64,000 bases of DNA from Octopus sinensis (lineage: Eukaryota): NCBI RefSeq assembly GCF_006345805.1, contig NC_042999.1:78554001-78618000 (forward strand). The letters run 5' to 3'. A program made the translations under genes and the position numbers. This document shows, piece by piece, positions 40,300 through 55,430 of the stretch (its first letter is position 1; each line of letters opens with the position of its first letter). The notes below the pieces were generated by a model that worked only from the letters and a program-made list of their open reading frames with translations, ran no database searches and was not told where the DNA came from.

Positions 40300-42230
40300 T
40301 AAAAGATAGGAAGAAAAGGGAATGTTGTGAGCAATTACAGGTCTATTACATGTTTGTTTACTGCCCTTACTGAAACTACTGACAAGGTTGATAGCATATG
40401 AGATATTCTTTTTCATAGAAACGGAACACCTACTTCCTGAGGCACGGAAGAAATGTCGAAGGAAATAATCAAGTAACAAGAAACCCGCGATATATTGGTA
40501 AATGATACTTCCGGATATGAATACTAGAAATAATCTACTAATAGGGCGGATCGATAACCGAATGGCATGTAACATGATTCACCTTTCTTGGATACTAGAA
40601 TGCCTGAAAATAATTGTTATCAATGTTGGAATGTAAAATCTCATTCAAGCAAGCATAAAATCTTCACGAATCAATTTGCCATGTGATTAAGATTCCACGA
40701 GAGAAATAAAGATTAAAATAGTATTGTCCAAGGAGATTAATTTACTCACTGGTGTTTGCTACTACTTTGATTCCTATACATTATACATTATTAAAGAACT
40801 AACCAAGGTAGATTACAGCTAAAATTAAAGAAAATTGTTATTTATTGAATGTAGATGTCCACTAGCTTGATTCCAAGAGATGATAAGGATCTGGATTCTT
40901 TGATGTAACGTATTAGAATATTCAGCAGATACTGATAGCGACAAGTGTGCCATTCTTGTAACTGAGAGAGAAAAGGGGAAAAGGTAAATCTGAGTGAATT
41001 ACCTTTCAAGCAAACCCACCATTAATACTATCGAAATTATCAATTTTCTTGATGAGCATCAATATTTGGTTGAAATGCAGGACCATATGTTGAAATAGAA
41101 GGAAATAAAAGATAATGCAAACGAAGAATGTGAGATCACAGATCACAAATAAAATGAAATGGAAAAATCCCCCCTCCATTATTTAATGGATAGCAGAGTA
41201 TTGCTAATATTGAAATATTCTACAGCTTTTCTTCAGTGGGGAAAAAACAAAGTTGGTGAAATGGATAGGAAAGCTAGAAACTGTTAGCAATGAATGATGG
41301 GTTACGTCCACGAAGCATTGTTTAGCAAAGCGCATTTATTAGAAAGAGACAGAAAACTGTTTCATGTAACGGCCACAATACTCTTATCCAATTTAGGGTT
41401 AGAATGGTATATTAGGAAGAGTGAAGAGAAGAATAAATGGTCTCTATAATAGAATTTAGCAGAAACAAAATACACTGAAGATAGAAAACTGGAAAGAATA
41501 TTTGTTTTTTTAGTCAGTGGGATTCTACGGTAAGTAGAAGAGAACAGAAAGAGAACATTGAGCCAACCTTGATCAAAAGTTGGAGGACCGGAGAAGGAGA
41601 TAAAATCCTCGATGATGATGGTGGAAGAACAAGTGGATAACAACTACTATTAAAGAAAAACAGAAAAGCCAAGAAGAGAGAAAAGGAAACTGTCAATTAT
41701 TTTGTGTGAAAATATAGAAAGATGACTTTAACAGAATATATAAAAAATCTATGAATATGGTGTTATTTGGAAGTTTGGATTCAAAGAAGATTAAAAAAAG
41801 AGCCAACTTGTAAAATCACTTCTCTAAAACTGTTATTGAAATCGACTATTGTTAGATCTTGTGGGATTTCTCTGTATAAGTTAAACTCTTAATAGATGCT
41901 ACTTATCAGATATAATCATTATATATAAAGGCAACATACGTGATATCAGGGATATTACTATACCATATATCAGTTAAAGCGAAGAAAAAATATTTAAAGA
42001 ATTAGACTTGGCCGGAGAACTGAGAAATCTTTGGGACGCGAGCGGGTGTTGTTCCTGTTATAGCAACGGTCTAAGAAACTCCAAAGACACTGGAAATGCA
42101 TTCGAAGCAGCAGCAGAGGTCTTCTGCTATGCATCACTAGTTGGACCGATCGAGTCCCCGTTTCCACAAGGGAGTACAGCTTCATGATTGCTTCGTGGCG
42201 TTCGGGGTTCATCAGGATTTACATCTCCAT
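40300..42230 (+). pseudogene. Old, heavily decayed R4/Dong-like LINE (RT to RLE)
   Basis: Scattered remnants NYRSITCL, a QGD-like segment at about 40725, MDRKARKLLAMNDGLRP, LDLAGELRNLW and VVPVI. Boundaries approximate. Confidence 0.55.
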
Positions 42231-43455
42231 GCACATCCATCCGGACTGCATGATATTATTGGGGTTCACCTATAGCGTATCACCCAGTGACATTGCACCA
42301 CAGACGTGACAAGAATCTAAGAGCCTACGTTGGTACCAATGTGTCTGGTCGCGGTCCTTCTTGTTATCCTGCTCAAGTAATGCAACATCATCATGTAGAT
42401 AAGCATGTAGTGCACGGACACTGCATCACTGCTGTTTTGTTTAGTGCTCAGTATGAAATAACAAATACGCGCTTCAATATGTTCAGTCTATGTCAAGGAA
42501 GTACATATCTAGACATGCATCAACTATCTATCAAGAACCGTAGATATTAAAGTCATGTAATCAACAAATCTAATATCTATGAAAAGGGGTTCAGTGAGAG
42601 CTAGACTTTTATCCAAGTCTTTCACGTCTTTCATGACAAATTTCAGGAAAACTTCGCAATGGATTGTATATATATATGTATACACACACACACTCACATC
42701 AAATTAATCCTGATGACGACCCGATATTTTTGTATAGCGACGGATCTACTAATATTTCTAACATCTTCAACAGCGCCTTCAACCAACTCGTGTCAAAGGT
42801 AACTTTAAAGTCGATGAAGTAATGTAACGTTATTTGCTTTGCTTTTTGGAATCAATAGAATTATTGTAAAAGCAAATTTAGCAATAGTTTTTTTTTATAA
42901 TCCCTTCTAATTTTAGCACAAGCCTAGAAATTTGGAGGGAAGAGGTATTTTTTCTATCGACCTTAAAAAGCTGAAAGGCAAAGTCGACCTCAGCATTATT
43001 TGATTCAAAACGTAATGCCAGAAGAAATGCTGCGAAGCATTTTGCCCAGCTCGCCGCATTATTAGTAAACATAACATCAATAAGGATTCATGATTTAGCT
43101 AGAGGGCCAGTAGTTTCGCGGTAGTGGTTCGCCGATTACATCGAGCTCACTACGTAACAGGTAATTTATCGAACCTGTAAAGATAAAGTTGACTCGACAG
43201 GGGGTTTGAACTAAGAACCAGAACATAAACAGCGATGCATTTTTACGACGATCTAAGGCATCTCCAGTTTGCCGTCTTGCATTAATATTGAAAATAAGAG
43301 TGGTTTATTAATAATTATGATAAAACTCCAGCAGCAGATTTTTTAGCCTTATTCTTTTCCTTCTTGTTACAAGAAGCCATATTGAAATGACGAAATCATA
43401 CGCACTATAACTTACATGCATATGTATGTATATATGAATGTATGAACGGATGCAC

Positions 43456-43548
<93 letters not shown>

Positions 43549-43612
43549 GCCTACATACATACGCACACACACGCACATATATATATATGTTAGAAATATT
43601 TACGTACACACA

Positions 43613-43687
<75 letters not shown>

Positions 43688-44092
43688 ATTCATATATATG
43701 TGCCCACGCACGTACACACATACACGCTCATATATATATACATACATACAGGCACACACACACACATACGTGGTGTTTTTTTTTGTTACAGCAATAAAGC
43801 CTGCTCCATAGATTTCTCACATCTATAAAACACATGTACGTTTCCTACAGCACAACAATATATATAGACACGAGAGCTTGAGAATGATTGATGGACATAT
43901 ACCTAGAGAAATGTTGTAGACATATACACATGCACACATACGCATTCACAGATAAACACATTCTTAATACATACATGCATATATATAAAATATATATATG
44001 TGTGTATGTATGTGTGTTTGTGTTTGTACATATGTATATATGCATGTATATATATATACATATATTTTGGCCATTGAGAATATGTTTTTGTG

Positions 44093-44141
<49 letters not shown>

Positions 44142-44397
44142 GTGTGGCCATTGCGAATGTTTCTGTATTACGCATATACGCACATATATATATATACAGA
44201 CACATGTATATAGACAGGCATTTATACATATACACACATACATAATATAAGTATTATATTATAGTTTTGGCAACTAAAGAAACCGGGCAATGACAAGAGT
44301 GTAGAAAAAAGGCAATATATTCTCATTTAGAATACGTTAACTACAGAATGGAGAATGTCAATGTGATGGATGGAAAAATATATAATAATAATAATAA

Positions 44398-44450
<53 letters not shown>

Positions 44451-46749
44451 TAATGATAATAATGATAATAACAACAACAATAATAATGATAATAATAATA
44501 ATAATAAAAGCCGTATAGATATTTTTGTTTCTTGTTTGTATTCCATGAAAAAGAAATGAAAGAAAGGAACTCTCACGCATACAGATAAACGTATACAAAG
44601 AAAACAAACATAAATAACAAAAAAAAAATCATGCAAAATAAAAGGCAACAAAAAATAGGAAAGCCTAAGACAAACCAAATTGAAACTCTTTTGTAATTTC
44701 ATTGATGTGAACATATCTGGAATATGTAGTACGTCTCGTACCCATACCACTACCCGCAACATCATGTCTTTTATGTGGTCTTACCATCGTATCTTTTCTT
44801 TCTCTCGATGTCTTTCCCTGTCTTCCTTCCTTCCTTCCTTTCGACTTTTGCTTCCTTTCGACTTTTGCTTCCTTTTCAACTCTATCTCACTCACCTTTTT
44901 CTGCTTTTTAGGTCTTTATTTTACCGATGATGTTTCCACAAACTCTTCGATAGATAAATTGGTAATAATGTTTAGTACCTGAAAGAAGCAGATATCACAC
45001 CACAAGTTATCAATTCTTTATCTTTTATGAAAATTCTGATGACATCTCGTTAAAAAAAAAAAAAATCCAAAAAACCTACTCGATTCATTTTTTTTGTTTT
45101 TGGAAAAAATATCTGATGACATCTCGTTTTGTTTATTTTGTTGGTTGTTCACTTCATGTTCGTTATTTAAAAAAAAATTGCCCTATCTTTTTCATTCTTT
45201 TCTCCTTTATAGAGATGACGCAATAGACCAATATACTTTTTGCTGGTTTGCGCCGTAAAAAAAGCAGCTGTTTTTGTTGGTGTTGTTTAACCAAGATCAG
45301 ATCTGAACGAGCAGACGTGATGGGCATCCAGCCATTTTTTCAGACAACGTTATCCAATGTAGCCGTATACTTTCAAATAATATTTTTGTTTACTTTTAGA
45401 AATGAGTTGTCAATTTGCATTAACATTTATATATATTTTGTTTTTATAAGAAATGTCTTATTTTCCTCCGATGCTATCTTCATAAATTAACTAAATGATG
45501 CCTTTGGGAAATGAAAACAAAAATCTCTAATAATGATGTTTAATAACCTACTTTTAAACATTTACTTATTCGTTTTACTTACACAGGATATTTATGCTTA
45601 ATTTTGTATCTCACCGATTTCATTTTTTTTTTCCGTTTTCAATCCCTCACATGCCTCCAAAGCGAAAGATCACCAACAGCGGAATTTGACTACTATTTCT
45701 TACAGGACGAAACATCTGTATAGAAACTCTGCCGTTGCGCTGTGGTTGTTCCTGTTTATCTCCAGATCAGACAAGATCAAGTGAGTCTATGATCAAAGGT
45801 ATTTCAGTCGAAACTATTTCACTTTACGGAGAGTTTTTATCTCTCGGCCTGGGTAAAATGCAGTTCCTATGTCTTTTTCAAGGACTCTAGGAATTTTGTG
45901 AGGGGTAACAAAAGGTAAACTCAACTCTGACATCATTTAGCACGGAGTGGACTGCATTAAAGACAGCTAAGGATCACGTAATGACGTCAAACTGGATACT
46001 GATTAAGTATACCACTCAGACATAGTGTATCGAGACTACATTACTTCATGTATTTTTCATTTCTTAAGACAGATTTGGAGGAGTATTGCTGTTATCTCTA
46101 TGAATTCATGCGACTGCGTTGCAACTCTTACGCTTGTTCATTGAGGAAATCCAAAGCTAATAGTAGATACAGCCATTCTCTGCATGGTCTTTGGTTCGTG
46201 TTATGACTCACAAGCTTCACTTGGGTACAAAAGATGTACAAATTATCGCGCTAAGCAAAGATCTCTCTTCTTCATTATCGTTCCATACATGACACAAAGA
46301 TATTTCCTAAGATCGAGGAGATTATTTCAGAGATGGTGTAAAGCTTTGGTTTCACGGGAAACACTTTTCTCTTCTCTGAAAAAGACGCCAAAAATTGCCT
46401 GCGACGGGTTCGAACTCAGAATCAATGAGTTCAGTACTTTGGTCACTCGTTTAATTAGTCTGTCGATGACATCTCGGAGAAAGCTCTGTTCTTGTCTGTT
46501 TCACAGGACTGCTAATGCTGTTATTGTTCCAGATTATGACTAAACGAGCTACCCAGAGGAAAGACATTCTAACAGTGAACGTCTCGTCAATATTTTATCA
46601 GACACATGCATCTAGGACTGCATTATCAATTTGGGTAATTAATTCTATTGAATCAATTGTCTTCATTAAAGACATGTGATTTGCAGAAGAATATGGCTGC
46701 TTTTTCTAGCAAGTTTAGCGATTGTATAGAAGCCTCACTTGCTTCTGAT

Positions 46750-47012
46750 TGTTAGGGTGAGGAACCAGACAGAGAGTGTACTAGGGGAGGAGCAGTGTGG
46801 TTTTAGGAGTCGAAGGGGGTGTGTAGATAAAATATTTGTAGTAAGGCAGATGTGTGAGAAGTTTTTGGCAAAAGGGAGGGAGATGTATTGGGCCTTTATG
46901 GACGTAGAGAAGGCATATGACTGTGTGGACAGGGATGCAATGTAGCAAGTGTTGCGGTTGTAAGGAGTTGAGGGTGGATTGCTGAGAGCTGTTCAGAGTT
47001 TTTATAGAGAAG
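46750..47012 (+). pseudogene. RTE-X/CR1-like reverse transcriptase fragment
   Basis: LGEEQCGFRSRRGCVDKIFVVRQMCEK...AFMDVEKAYDCVDR, i.e. RT domains 2-3. Confidence 0.75.
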
Positions 47013-47155
47013 CATATACAGCACGGAATTTTGTAGTGAACAGGTCGAGGTCTCAAAGCAACGAAAATATTTTAGCAAATTAAATTTAAATGTTGAAGTG
47101 AATCTAACAGTTTTTGAGTTTGAAATGGCTTATAAACACCTTCCACGCTGCAATT

Positions 47156-47247
<92 letters not shown>

Positions 47248-47384
47248 TTGTATATATATATGGGGCTATGATCGCTTTTCTTTAAAGCAAAGTACTCAAT
47301 ACATAATAAATTACTTTGTTTATTTTGGACAACCGGAAACATCCTCCTCCTTATCATCTTCTTCTTCTTCTTCTTTTTCTTTTT

Positions 47385-47424
<40 letters not shown>

Positions 47425-47430
47425 CACCAC

Positions 47431-48952
47431 TGGCCGGCTCCAGCTCGTATCCGAGCATTGGGTTCGTCAATTTCCAACCAGTCTCCTCGGCTGATATTTG
47501 TGCCGAAAGTGACGTTAGAGGCCAAGTCGGTGGTGAAAGAGTCATGGGCGGAACTCGCACGGGATGGTCGGTGCAGGTCGAGGATGTTGAAGACGCTCCT
47601 TTCTTTTTCTGCGTTTTGCCTCTTCATTCTGTTGTCTGTTCTACTTGAAGGAGCTGGCTCTATTGCGGATAGCAGTCTTCCAGACTGTCCTATCCATGGA
47701 AATCCGTTCCCATGAGGATGGCTGGATGTTAGCTTGAGCCAAGGTCCGTTTAAAACGGAATTTCGGACCTCCTCTGAGTCTTGTTCCGATTGCAAGTTCT
47801 CTGTAGAGCATGATCCTTGGGAGACGAGAGGGCTCCATACGCTGGACGTGACCCGCCCAGCGGAGACGATGGCGTAGAATGATGGCTTCAACACTTGGTA
47901 TTGAGGCGCGGCGAAGAACCTCGTTGTTGGTAACGTGATCTTTCCATCGTATGTTGAGGATTTGTCATAGCTTCGATTGCTGGAAGCATTCAAGGCACTT
48001 GAAGTCACGGAGGTACAACGTCCAAGTCTCACAAGCATAGAGTAGAGTTGACAGGACAATGGCACGGAAGACCCTGATATTTGTCCGGATGGTCAGCGCA
48101 TGATTGAAGAATACACGTTGGCTGAGTCTGCCGAAGGTGGAGTGGGCTGCCCCAATCCGGTTCTCCACGTCCCTTTCACACGTGGGGTCTTCGAAAGGAT
48201 ATTTCCAAGGTATGTGAAGTGTTCAACTTCTAGGGGTTGGCCGTTGATGCTAATGTTTGTGGGTGAACTGTTCTGGCCTGGTACAGGTTGGATCAGTGTC
48301 TTGGTCTTCAATGTGTTTACCTGCATCCCGTAGCGTTCGTAAGCCGCGTTGCAAAGATCGGTCGTCCTTTGTAGGCCATCTGCGGTCCGGCTCCGAGTGG
48401 CATTGACCTCGGCATACTGCATCTCACAGACTGAGATAGCGGAGGTCCTCGTCTTTGGACGAAGGCGTGCAAAATTGAAGAGGCCGCCATCCAAGCGATA
48501 GTGCATGTTGATGGAAGGTGAGTCTAGTGGGATTTCGTTGAACATGACGGCCATGTAGAATGAGAAATAGGTTGGTTCTAGTGATGGGAAACAGGTCTGT
48601 GAGGGCATTTTGATGGCATACCCTACTCATCATGCCGTCTTGGAGGGAGCGGACCCAGGCAATGAAGTCCTCCGGACATCTTAACCGTGCAAGGACGGCT
48701 CACAATACCTGACGGGGGAGCTTGTCAAAGGCTTTCTATAGATTCCAGACGATGACTGTTGCCGGCTGTTGTTGTTCCTGACACTTTGCTTTCCCAGATC
48801 TTGAGGATAAGAAACATCAGATGATTTCTCAGCTCAGGACCTCCGTGCGTGAAAAACTCAAACGGGATGTTGTCTGGTCCTGGAGCTTTCCCCGGCTTCA
48901 TGCGCGCAAGTACCTTGTTGAACTCATGAGTTCAACCAGGCACTTGCGCGCA
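47431..48952 (-). mobile_element. RTE-clade LINE (BovB-like), 5'-truncated and frameshifted
   Basis: Minus strand: MKPGK/APGPDNIPFE, RIGAAHSTFGRLSQRVF, LLYACETWTLY, RLPRIMLYRELAIGTRLRGGPKFRF; (GTG)n/(GTA)n tail. Confidence 0.85.
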
Positions 48953-48953
48953 G

Positions 48954-49088
<135 letters not shown>

Positions 49089-49092
49089 GCAG

Positions 49093-49131
<39 letters not shown>

Positions 49132-49145
49132 TACTACTACTGCAG

Positions 49146-49211
<66 letters not shown>

Positions 49212-49249
49212 TACACCTAAATATGTATATATATGTATATATATCGTTA

Positions 49250-49470
49250 TATCAACCAGGCTATCGGATATATCGTTTTACTCCGCTGATCACAATGCCT
49301 TCCCTCGTATTGTGTTGTAGTTCTCAAATGATGCCATCCTGCTGGCTATATGGGCAGGCCGATATTCCCTCCGAACGAGACCTCGGTCCATTACCGGTTT
49401 AGCAGCCTCTGCGAATCGAAACCGCAATCTTGCGATTGAGAGTGCAACACCCTAACCACTAGGTCTCGAA
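49250..49470 (-). mobile_element. Third tRNA-derived SINE-like element
   Basis: Minus strand head acctagtggttagggtgttgcactctcaatcgcaagattgcggtttcgattc carries A- and B-box-like motifs. Confidence 0.55.
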
Positions 49471-49571
49471 CACACATACATATACGTATATGTATACATA
49501 TAGCCATCGATCGATCGATTCATCCATCCATCCCTCCTTCCGTCCATCCTATCTGTCTGTCGGTCTGTCGA

Positions 49572-49649
<78 letters not shown>

Positions 49650-49702
49650 AATCAACATATACATATGTATATATGTATGTGCATGTATATATATATATAT
49701 AT

Positions 49703-49770
<68 letters not shown>

Positions 49771-50380
49771 GTGTGTATGCGTGTATGTATGTGTGCATGT
49801 ATGTATCTACGTATCTATGCATCTGCGTGTAATGCGTTTATGTGTCTGTAATAACACAGACTGTGTTAATACTGGTGCAAAGCGACTGAGAAATATTACA
49901 TAGCTCTAGAAAGGTTGGGAAGGGGAGGTGAAATTTAAAATGTTTAATGATTGAAGGGGGCGGGTGATGGTGAACTTGTCCTTCCATCGTTGTGTAGTGT
50001 CATGAAAGTTGAAAGCATAAAGTTCCAACGACATACCACCCACAGAATGGTAACGGAAGCTTACGATTTGATGTTTTTGCCAGAAGGAAACTGTCTTTTA
50101 CAAGGCACACCCATGTTAGTTGCTTCTATTAAAAATGATTTCTAATAGTCTGGAGTTTCGTTCTAATTTTGATAAAAGTTTAACAGTTATTCCCGAAATC
50201 TTTCTCCCTCCGTTCCTTTTCTTCCTTCTGTTTTATGTATGTATGTATGTATGTATGTATGTATGTATGTATGTATGTATGTATGTATGTATGTATGTAT
50301 GTATGTATGTATGTATGTATGCATATATATACTCACTTACACATATTTCTATATGCATCCATCTATCCACAAGCACACAC

Positions 50381-50446
<66 letters not shown>

Positions 50447-50447
50447 C

Positions 50448-50492
<45 letters not shown>

Positions 50493-50561
50493 GTGTGTTT
50501 ATGCGTGTATAAACATATACTGTAATATATGAACATATATATAAATATATATACACACACA

Positions 50562-50643
<82 letters not shown>

Positions 50644-51769
50644 TAAGGATAAGCAGATATATACATACATTTATATACACATATTTGTAGTATGCTATAT
50701 GTACGTATATATCTATATGTATGTATATGTATTCATTTATACACACGCACGCACACACACACTCACACACACACACATATATAAATGCATACAGGGATAT
50801 GTGTAATCCTCGGTCCACAGAAACATATGTAGTCCTTAGCTTTTAATGTTTCTGTTTGTTTTTTACTGTCATTCACCTATATTTCACTTTGTTGCTCCTT
50901 CACATTTTTTCGTTCACCATTGTTTACTGTTATACTTGACTGCTTGTTTATCTCTCTACTGACACATTTAGTGATTTTGTCTACTATCGCCATTAGGTGC
51001 CCTGCTTCTGCTCTCAGTTAATTGTTCACTGCTTCTATTGTCTTTTTCCGGTCATACTTTTACTCTCTTAGGCAGTAGATGTTCTCCACTATCCCTGTTC
51101 TTCGATCTTCTTTCTCTTCTGTTGGCTAAATGTTATCGCTAGTTGCTTTATTTATTTTCAGTCGCCAGTTTCTATCCTCCCATCCAACCGATCTTATTCA
51201 CTGCTATTTTCCATTGCTGCTCATGTTCATTGCTTCCATTGTTCGCCGCTGTCTTTACTCTCCCTGTTAACTGTTTTTGTTCATCGCTTCTTTTTTCCTC
51301 CATTTTATCTACATCCCTATCCAATTACTCCAGCTAACCGCTTCTATTGTCCTCCGCCGATTCTACTTTCCTATTTAGCTACACTTGTTCATTGCTTTTC
51401 TTGTTCACTGTTGTTTCTTCCCTCTCACTGAACTGCTCCTGTTCACTGTTTCTACTGTTCTCTGCTGGTTCACACTTACAGTTAAATATTCTGTTCACTG
51501 CTTCTGTTTTCCGTCGCTGTATATATATTGCCAGCTACCATCTTACTTAGCTGCTTCTGACCAGTTTCTATGGTCTGCCTGCTAGTGTTTCGACTCTCCC
51601 TGTTAGCTGCTTTTGTTCACTGCTTCTGCGACAGGATCTGATTCTATTCTTTAAGCTAACTGATCTTTTTTACCGCTACTTTTAGTTAAAATCATTTTTT
51701 CAATTGCCTTAATTTTACCCTTTCATTTTGCACTAATCCAACTAACCCAGTTTAACTACTCCATTTGTT

Positions 51770-52177
51770 AAGGCAGCGAGCTGGCAGAATCGTTAGCACG
51801 CCGGGCAAAATGCTTAGCGGTATTTCGTCTGTCGTTACGTTGTGAGTTCAAATTCCGCCGATGTCGACTTTGCCTTTCATCCTTTCGGGGTCGATAAATT
51901 AAGTACCAGTTACGCACTGGGGTCGATGTAATCGACTTAATACCTATGTCTGTCCTTGTTTGTCCTTTCTATGTTTAGCCCCTTGTGGGTAATAAAGAAA
52001 TAGGTATTTCGTCTGTCTTTACGTTCTGAGTTCAAGTTCCACCGAGGTTGACTTTTCCTTTCATCCTTTCGGGGTCGATAAATTAAGTACCAGTTGCGTA
52101 CTGGGGTCAATCTAATCGACTGCCCCCCACTCCCACAAAATTTCGGGCCTTATGCTTAGAGTAGAAAAGAATATATT
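51770..52177 (+). mobile_element. SINE family B dimer (full monomer plus head-truncated monomer)
   Basis: tRNA-like head aggcagcgagctggcagaatcgttagc ... gagttcaaattcc; second unit starts at 52003. Confidence 0.85.
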
Positions 52178-52846
52178 ACTTTGTTTTTCTTGTTATTAGT
52201 GATATTGCGCATGCATTGTCTCAGTTAACAACTTTTGTTCACTACCCTTAGTTTACCGACTTTGTCTGAACAAAAAAAGGTTTTTGACATTTCACATACT
52301 AAACTGTACCCGGTCAAATACTGCTGACGCTGCTGACACTGGTAACGCCGATAACGCTGCTAACGTCGCAAACGCCGCAAACGCCGCTAACGCCGCAACG
52401 CCGCTAACGCCGCTAACGCCGCAAACGCCGCTAACGCCGCTGATACCGCTTCCACCAGGCCACTCTACTACTACTAACACCAGCAGCTTGCATTTGGGTA
52501 CCTTTAGCAGAATTCATTCCAAGCATGTCCCAATAACTTGACGCGCTATTTCCTATTGTAGCTCCCCCAAACAGTCTTGGAAACTATACTGCAGGCCTTA
52601 GGTGCTGCCCATTAAAAAATTAGCATCTGACGGTACGAAATAAATAAACAGAAGTAAAAGTAAAACAAATGAAATTTACAGCAACTTTCTCCTGACAAGT
52701 CTTATCTTCTCATGTCTTCACGTTTCCAATTCCGTTTTCTGGCCATTGGGTCTTTGGAACCAATTGCGATGTCGAGAGTCACACACGGGTATTGAGTGAC
52801 AAGTACTGGATGCCGCCAACGCTACTGGCGCTACAGCTGTTGCTGT

Positions 52847-52907
<61 letters not shown>

Positions 52908-53498
52908 GCTGCTTCTGCTGCTGCTGCTGCTGCGGTTGTTGTTGTTATTGTTAAGTAGCAAGACGGGTAAGGGTGATAAGGTGATGGTCTAGGGCTTAGG
53001 GGCGGGAGACTCCAGACCTTGTAAAAAAAAGAAAAATTTGGTCGTCTTGTTGTGGTCGAGGGCTCTTCGTTGACGCCCGACACCACTGGGAGGTGGCCCT
53101 CGAAGTCGCTGGAAATGAGATCTCCAGGTCCAAATTCTTGGACGGCTGCTGCTGCTGCTGCTGTTCTTACTGTTGCAATTCCCGCTCTCCCTTTCTACTG
53201 CTGTTGCTACGGCTTCTGTGTAATATAAGGAAGTTTATGGTTTCTGCTGGTTAAGGTAAACATGATGATTATGAAGTTGGCGATAATATTTATAATGATG
53301 CTTACAGCAATAAAGTTGATGATGTCAACGACAGTGATGATCCTGCCACGGCTGCTGCTGCTGATAAATCGCGATAGTGAAAACGTCGGCAAAGATTTTG
53401 AGTGAGTGATGGTAAGAAGAAATTTGCGGAAACGTGGGAAGGGGGCATACACAGCGAGGATAACAAGGTAACGTTGATTTTAATTGTTGTTGTTGTTG

Positions 53499-53565
<67 letters not shown>

Positions 53566-53963
53566 TATTATTATTATCATATATTTTTCGTTTCACGAAC
53601 AGTCGGTCCGTTTCCAGATATCTGAGAATTAAAGAGTTGACGTTTGTTTAGACATTTTCACCCTTCGTTCTTTGTTTCCAGAACATTCTTCATGTATTTG
53701 TTTGACATTTAATAGTATCGTATATCATTAGAATAGGTTAAAATGGTTGACTTGCCGAATTACCACAGCATGTTCGCATTCTTAAGCAAGCTCTTCTTGT
53801 TTTTGTTTATACTTATCTTTTTTTTGTTGGCTTTTGTTTTAGTTTTTGTCATTCTTTGTTTTCATCTGTAATTTCATTTCTCTTTTTCTTTATACTTTGC
53901 ATTTGTTTATTTGTATTTGGCTATTCAAATTTTCTTTTTATTCAATGTAGTGCCCTCAAATGT

Positions 53964-54025
<62 letters not shown>

Positions 54026-54120
54026 CATACATACATATATAATATATACATATATATACATATATACATACATATATATATATACATATATATACATGTG
54101 AGTATGCGCGTATGTCATAT

Positions 54121-54151
<31 letters not shown>

Positions 54152-54301
54152 GCATATTCATATACATATACACATATATACATATATATATATATGAAAT
54201 TATGTATGTCTACAAAACTACTTACCTACCTACCTACTTATACACTTCTCAACCTCTCACTACCTACCTAGCTACCTATCTACCTACCTTCCTACGTTCC
54301 C

Positions 54302-54362
<61 letters not shown>

Positions 54363-54377
54363 CTTATACTGACGCAT

Positions 54378-54525
54378 ATGCAGGCATAAGTTTGTTGTTA
54401 AGGACTTTGTTCCGCAATCATATGGTTCAGTGTTCGATCCTACTTCACGGCAAATTGGGTAAATGATTTGTACTATAGAATCAAGCAGACAAAAACTTTG
54501 ATAACTGGAATATAGTAGACGGCGA
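54378..54525 (+). mobile_element. SINE family A, diverged 5' half
   Basis: tggttcagtgttcgatcc...ttgggtaaatg...tactatag...gtagacgg, colinear with the 3589 copy. Confidence 0.55.
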
Positions 54526-54546
54526 GGGCACAGGAGACTACCATAC

Positions 54547-54638
<92 letters not shown>

Positions 54639-55271
54639 ATGTGTGTGTATGCATGTATATATGGATGGATGAATGTATACGCACACGTGTGTGCGAGTGG
54701 AGTGAGTGTGTTATATTTCCCGATATATTCAAGCAATCGAGTTAATAAAGGAACCATTTTGTATTTGCATAAAATAAAAAGTTGTTTTATAAATATCAAG
54801 TCTCAAGTACACACGCGCGCACATACTCACGCACACGCGCACATATGCACACGCACACGCGCACACATGCGCACGCACACGCGCACATATGCACACGCGC
54901 ACTTATATATTAATAAAATCATTTGGTTCAATGCCCCATTCGCTCTCAGTGTAAGTATTCATATCATTAAACATTTCTTTTATTTATTAAATAAACACTC
55001 TCAGAAGAGTCATAAATGCTATAAATATTTTAATAGAAATAATTTTAAATTTAGCTTCAGCTGCACGTAGATATGTAACATAAATAGTAAACACCAATAG
55101 AAAAAAAGCTAATACAATAATCTACATCTAATATTTTCCCTTTACGTTACTGTCTTAACTTGGTAAATTGCTCAATAATTATCTGTACGTATTGTATGTA
55201 TTTGTGTATGTGTATATATAAATATACAAATACGTATATAACAGGAAATAAAATAGATATATACATACCAA

Positions 55272-55430
<159 letters not shown>

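Noticed and set aside
51770-51860. tRNA genes at SINE heads (also 3589, 49400 and 60904)
   Set aside because: A/B-box-like motifs run into multi-copy SINE bodies; no convincing cloverleaf.
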